Positions 55,139-57,072 of a DNA stretch of 57,072 nucleotides are shown here, in pieces. The stretch comes from Opitutaceae bacterium (GTDB taxonomy: Bacteria > Verrucomicrobiota > Verrucomicrobiia > Opitutales > Opitutaceae): assembly GCA_041689285.1 (NCBI GenBank), contig JBDNGL010000315.1:1-57072 (forward strand), read 5' to 3'. The position numbers and the translations under genes are program-made. Each line of letters opens with the position of its first letter. Position 1 is the stretch's first letter. The notes below the pieces were generated by a model. That model saw nothing but the letters and a program-made list of their open reading frames with translations. It searched no databases and was not told where the DNA came from.

Positions 55139-55156
55139 CCCCCCCCCCCCTTTTTT
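55139..55156. repeat. C12 T6 homopolymer pair 72 nt upstream of the TonB-dependent receptor start
   Basis: cccccccccccc tttttt read directly at 55139-55150 and 55151-55156, within a C-rich leader. Confidence 0.9.
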
Positions 55157-55227
55157 GGTCCGCCTCTGGCGGCCTGAAAAACCCCGGCCCTAAACCGGGA
55201 ACTACAAACCACCCCCACATAAACATA

Positions 55228-57072
55228 ATGAAATCAGAAACCAGCTACCCAGCTCCGGTGACCAAGCTCAGCTTGGCCGCCTGTTTGGCCGCGATGGTTG
55301 CCCTGTCCGCCGCTCCCCTGTGGGCGCAGACTGTGTCCACCACTGCCGCTGACGAAGAAGATGATGCCGTAGTCCGGTTGTCACCGTTCCAAGTCGAATC
55401 CGACAAGGACTACGGTTACATCAAGACCAACTCCCTCACTGCCACTCGTATCGGTGCCCGCATCATGGACACCCCGCTGCAGATTCAAGTGCTCTCCGAG
55501 GACTTCATCCGCGATACCGGCCTCAACAACATCAACGACGTCCTGCGCTACTCGGCGACTTCGGCGGGTGACACCATGATGGGCATCCTGCAGCCGGCCA
55601 CCGGCTTCACGCCTTCTGGTAACTTCACCACCCGTGGCTTCCCGATCAACGCCCGCATGAAGAACTCCGTCCGCCGCTACACGGTTTACTCGCTCGACAA
55701 CATCGAGCGCGTGGAACTCGTCCGCGGTCCGGCCTCCGTGTTCTTCGGTCAGGCCTTCCCCGGCGGTGTCATCAACTACATCAGCAAGCAGGCTGAGTTC
55801 CGCAAGCTGCCGACCGAGTTCAGCTATCGGCGTTCGGCCGACGGTGGCAACAAGTTCACCTACGACCAGAACACCGTGCTGCTGGAGGACAAGATCGCCT
55901 TCCGCAACTTCATCAGTCAGGAGAACTCTTCCTTCCAGCGCGACTTCGAGCGCCGTCGTGGCTTCACTGTGCAGCCGCAGGTGAAGATCCGCGTGGGCGA
56001 CAAGCTTGAGGCCCGCGTCGAGTTCGAATACACCCAACGCGAAGACAACCTGGCCGCCCGCGGCTGGCTCTGGGCGGACGGTTGGTTCGATGCCTTCAAG
56101 AACCCCACTGCCGCCCTCATGACCGCGGCCAATATCAACCCCGCGCTCTCCAACGCCGATCGCCAAGCCCTCTACCGCACCCGCATCGGCGGCGTGGCTG
56201 ATGGTGGTGGCTACAGCAACTGGATCACCGACACGCGCAATGCCGCCGGTGACCAGAACATCACCCGCTACCAAGCCTCCTCGTTCAACCGCGGCGTTTA
56301 CCGTGACTTGATGTGGGGTCAAGGTGCCAAGAGCGGCGACCCACGGGACTTCAATCCTTGGGGTCCTGGCAGCACGACCGATGAAGAGGTGACCAATCTC
56401 GCCGTCACCCTCGATGCCAAGCCCTTCGAATGGTGGACGGTCAAATACACCTACAACTGGTCCCATGCCTACTACTATGAGCGCAAGGCCGAAGCCCGTC
56501 CGAATGCGGACGGTGAAACGTTCAACACCCTGCCCGGCCTCACTTGGCGCTTCTATGATGTCGATCCTACCGATCACATCATCGACAACGTGGTCTCCTT
56601 CGAGACCTTCGGCATCAAGAACAAGGTCCTGTTCGGTGGCATCCACCGCGCGGGTGACAACCAGTTTGGCGGCACTTCGCCCTCTCCGGCGACCGGCGCC
56701 AACGTCGCGGGCGCGCCTAACGGCCTGAACTTCGAAGGCATCCCCGGTGTCGGCAATGCCGGTGCCTTCGGTCTCCAGGCCCTGCGCGACCGCGCCGGCA
56801 ACCTGATGACTGCCCTCGAGGTCTTCACCCGCTACGACCCAACGCTCCACGTCTTCCCCGACCTTGCCCGTATCACCGAGCGTCATCGTCCCGTGATCGA
56901 CCGCTACCGCGTGCGGAACGCCGAGGTTTACCTCAGCTACCAAGGTGCGTTCTTCGACGACCGCCTCAATGTGATGGCTGGTTACCGCGAAGAAAAGACC
57001 TACAACCGCCAGCAGCAGCTGCGCTCGAACCCGCCGTGGTATGACACCCTCCCGGGCGCGGAAAGCTCCAAC
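55228..57072 (+). CDS. TonB-dependent outer-membrane receptor, 5' partial (runs off the right edge); absent from the ORF track
   Basis: ATG 55228 opens a frame with no stop to 57072 (615 codons). It reads MKSETSYPAPVTKLSLAACLAAMVALSAAPLWAQ (signal), VVRLSPFQVESDKDYGYIKTNSLTATRIG, and plug motifs IERVELVRGPASVFFGQAFPGGVINYISK. The 520-aa minus ORF 55381..56943 is its antisense shadow. Confidence 0.85.
   Translation, partial: MKSETSYPAPVTKLSLAACLAAMVALSAAPLWAQTVSTTAADEEDDAVVRLSPFQVESDKDYGYIKTNSLTATRIGARIMDTPLQIQVLSEDFIRDTGLNNINDVLRYSATSAGDTMMGILQPATGFTPSGNFTTRGFPINARMKNSVRRYTVYSLDNIERVELVRGPASVFFGQAFPGGVINYISKQAEFRKLPTEFSYRRSADGGNKFTYDQNTVLLEDKIAFRNFISQENSSFQRDFERRRGFTVQPQVKIRVGDKLEARVEFEYTQREDNLAARGWLWADGWFDAFKNPTAALMTAANINPALSNADRQALYRTRIGGVADGGGYSNWITDTRNAAGDQNITRYQASSFNRGVYRDLMWGQGAKSGDPRDFNPWGPGSTTDEEVTNLAVTLDAKPFEWWTVKYTYNWSHAYYYERKAEARPNADGETFNTLPGLTWRFYDVDPTDHIIDNVVSFETFGIKNKVLFGGIHRAGDNQFGGTSPSPATGANVAGAPNGLNFEGIPGVGNAGAFGLQALRDRAGNLMTALEVFTRYDPTLHVFPDLARITERHRPVIDRYRVRNAEVYLSYQGAFFDDRLNVMAGYREEKTYNRQQQLRSNPPWYDTLPGAESSN

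Noticed and set aside
54980-55227. Possible cobalamin riboswitch upstream of the TonB-dependent receptor, suggested by GCCACTC at 55133..55139, which resembles the GCCACTG B12-box core.
   Set aside because: I could not find the rest of the conserved cobalamin-riboswitch core or the expected multi-stem architecture. The genomic context (LacI, glycosidases) points to a carbohydrate receptor. A covariance-model scan (Rfam RF00174) would settle it.
55381-56943. A 520-aa minus-strand ORF, the longest track ORF in this region.
   Set aside because: It is the antisense shadow of the TonB-dependent receptor frame, which is open from 55228 to the window edge. Its translation is Gly/Val/Ala/Arg/Asp-rich with no family motif, whereas the plus frame shows a signal peptide and plug-domain motifs.

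Overview
High-GC, gene-dense chromosomal window with about 48 protein-coding genes. I recognised no rRNA, tRNA, CRISPR array, transposase, integrase or phage gene. Gene content (many glycoside hydrolases, Tat/Sec-exported enzymes, a TonB-dependent receptor with an 'LSPFQVESDKDYGY' plug start, weak Shine-Dalgarno signals) suggests a Verrucomicrobia/Opitutaceae-like saccharolytic bacterium. That taxonomic call is inference only.

Layout, left to right:
(1) 198-2718: ECF sigma / zinc anti-sigma / DUF4097 triad.
(2) 2802-5872: M24 peptidase, enolase-superfamily enzyme and SDR.
(3) 5880-7027: an odd A/T-richer islet holding a small secreted protein, a Gly/Pro-Thr low-complexity open frame and a strong terminator.
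(4) 7028-15871: an MFS transporter, a desaturase interrupted by an in-frame TAG, and a 7-gene translationally coupled lipid-modification operon (FAD oxidoreductase, DUF1365, two CFA-synthase-like methyltransferases, three membrane DUFs).
(5) 16788-22825: a single 1031-aa polypeptide fusing 2-oxoacid dehydrogenase E1alpha, E1beta, lipoyl and E2 domains, followed by a FadB-like enzyme and RluA.
(6) 23026-24639: a GH3-family protein.
(7) 24823-31645: an AraC-controlled oxygenase/transport cluster (PhyH dioxygenase, tandem ferritin-like di-iron protein, SSS symporter with an extra exported domain, Gfo/Idh/MocA).
(8) 31696-34915: an ABC exporter and two unknown proteins.
(9) 34925-47474: a long minus-strand operon. 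Two tandem copies of an uncharacterised secreted pair (Asp-box propeller plus ~630-aa protein) precede GH51, GH127, M28 peptidase, S51 peptidase and GH43.
(10) 47534-53585: an exported RidA facing an operon of a big-family::propeller chimera, a GH78-like hydrolase, DUF6807 and a Tat-lipoprotein PLP enzyme.
(11) 53891-57072: LacI and the 5' part of a TonB-dependent receptor, which the ORF track misses because it has no stop in the window.

Most promising as undescribed biology: the duplicated propeller + 630-aa module, the AraC/PhyH/di-iron cluster, the lipid operon with its broken desaturase, the all-in-one E1-E2 fusion, and a 29-nt perfect inverted repeat linking the DUF4097 gene to the 3' low-complexity region about 4.2 kb away.

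All family calls come from motif recognition by eye. No database search was run.
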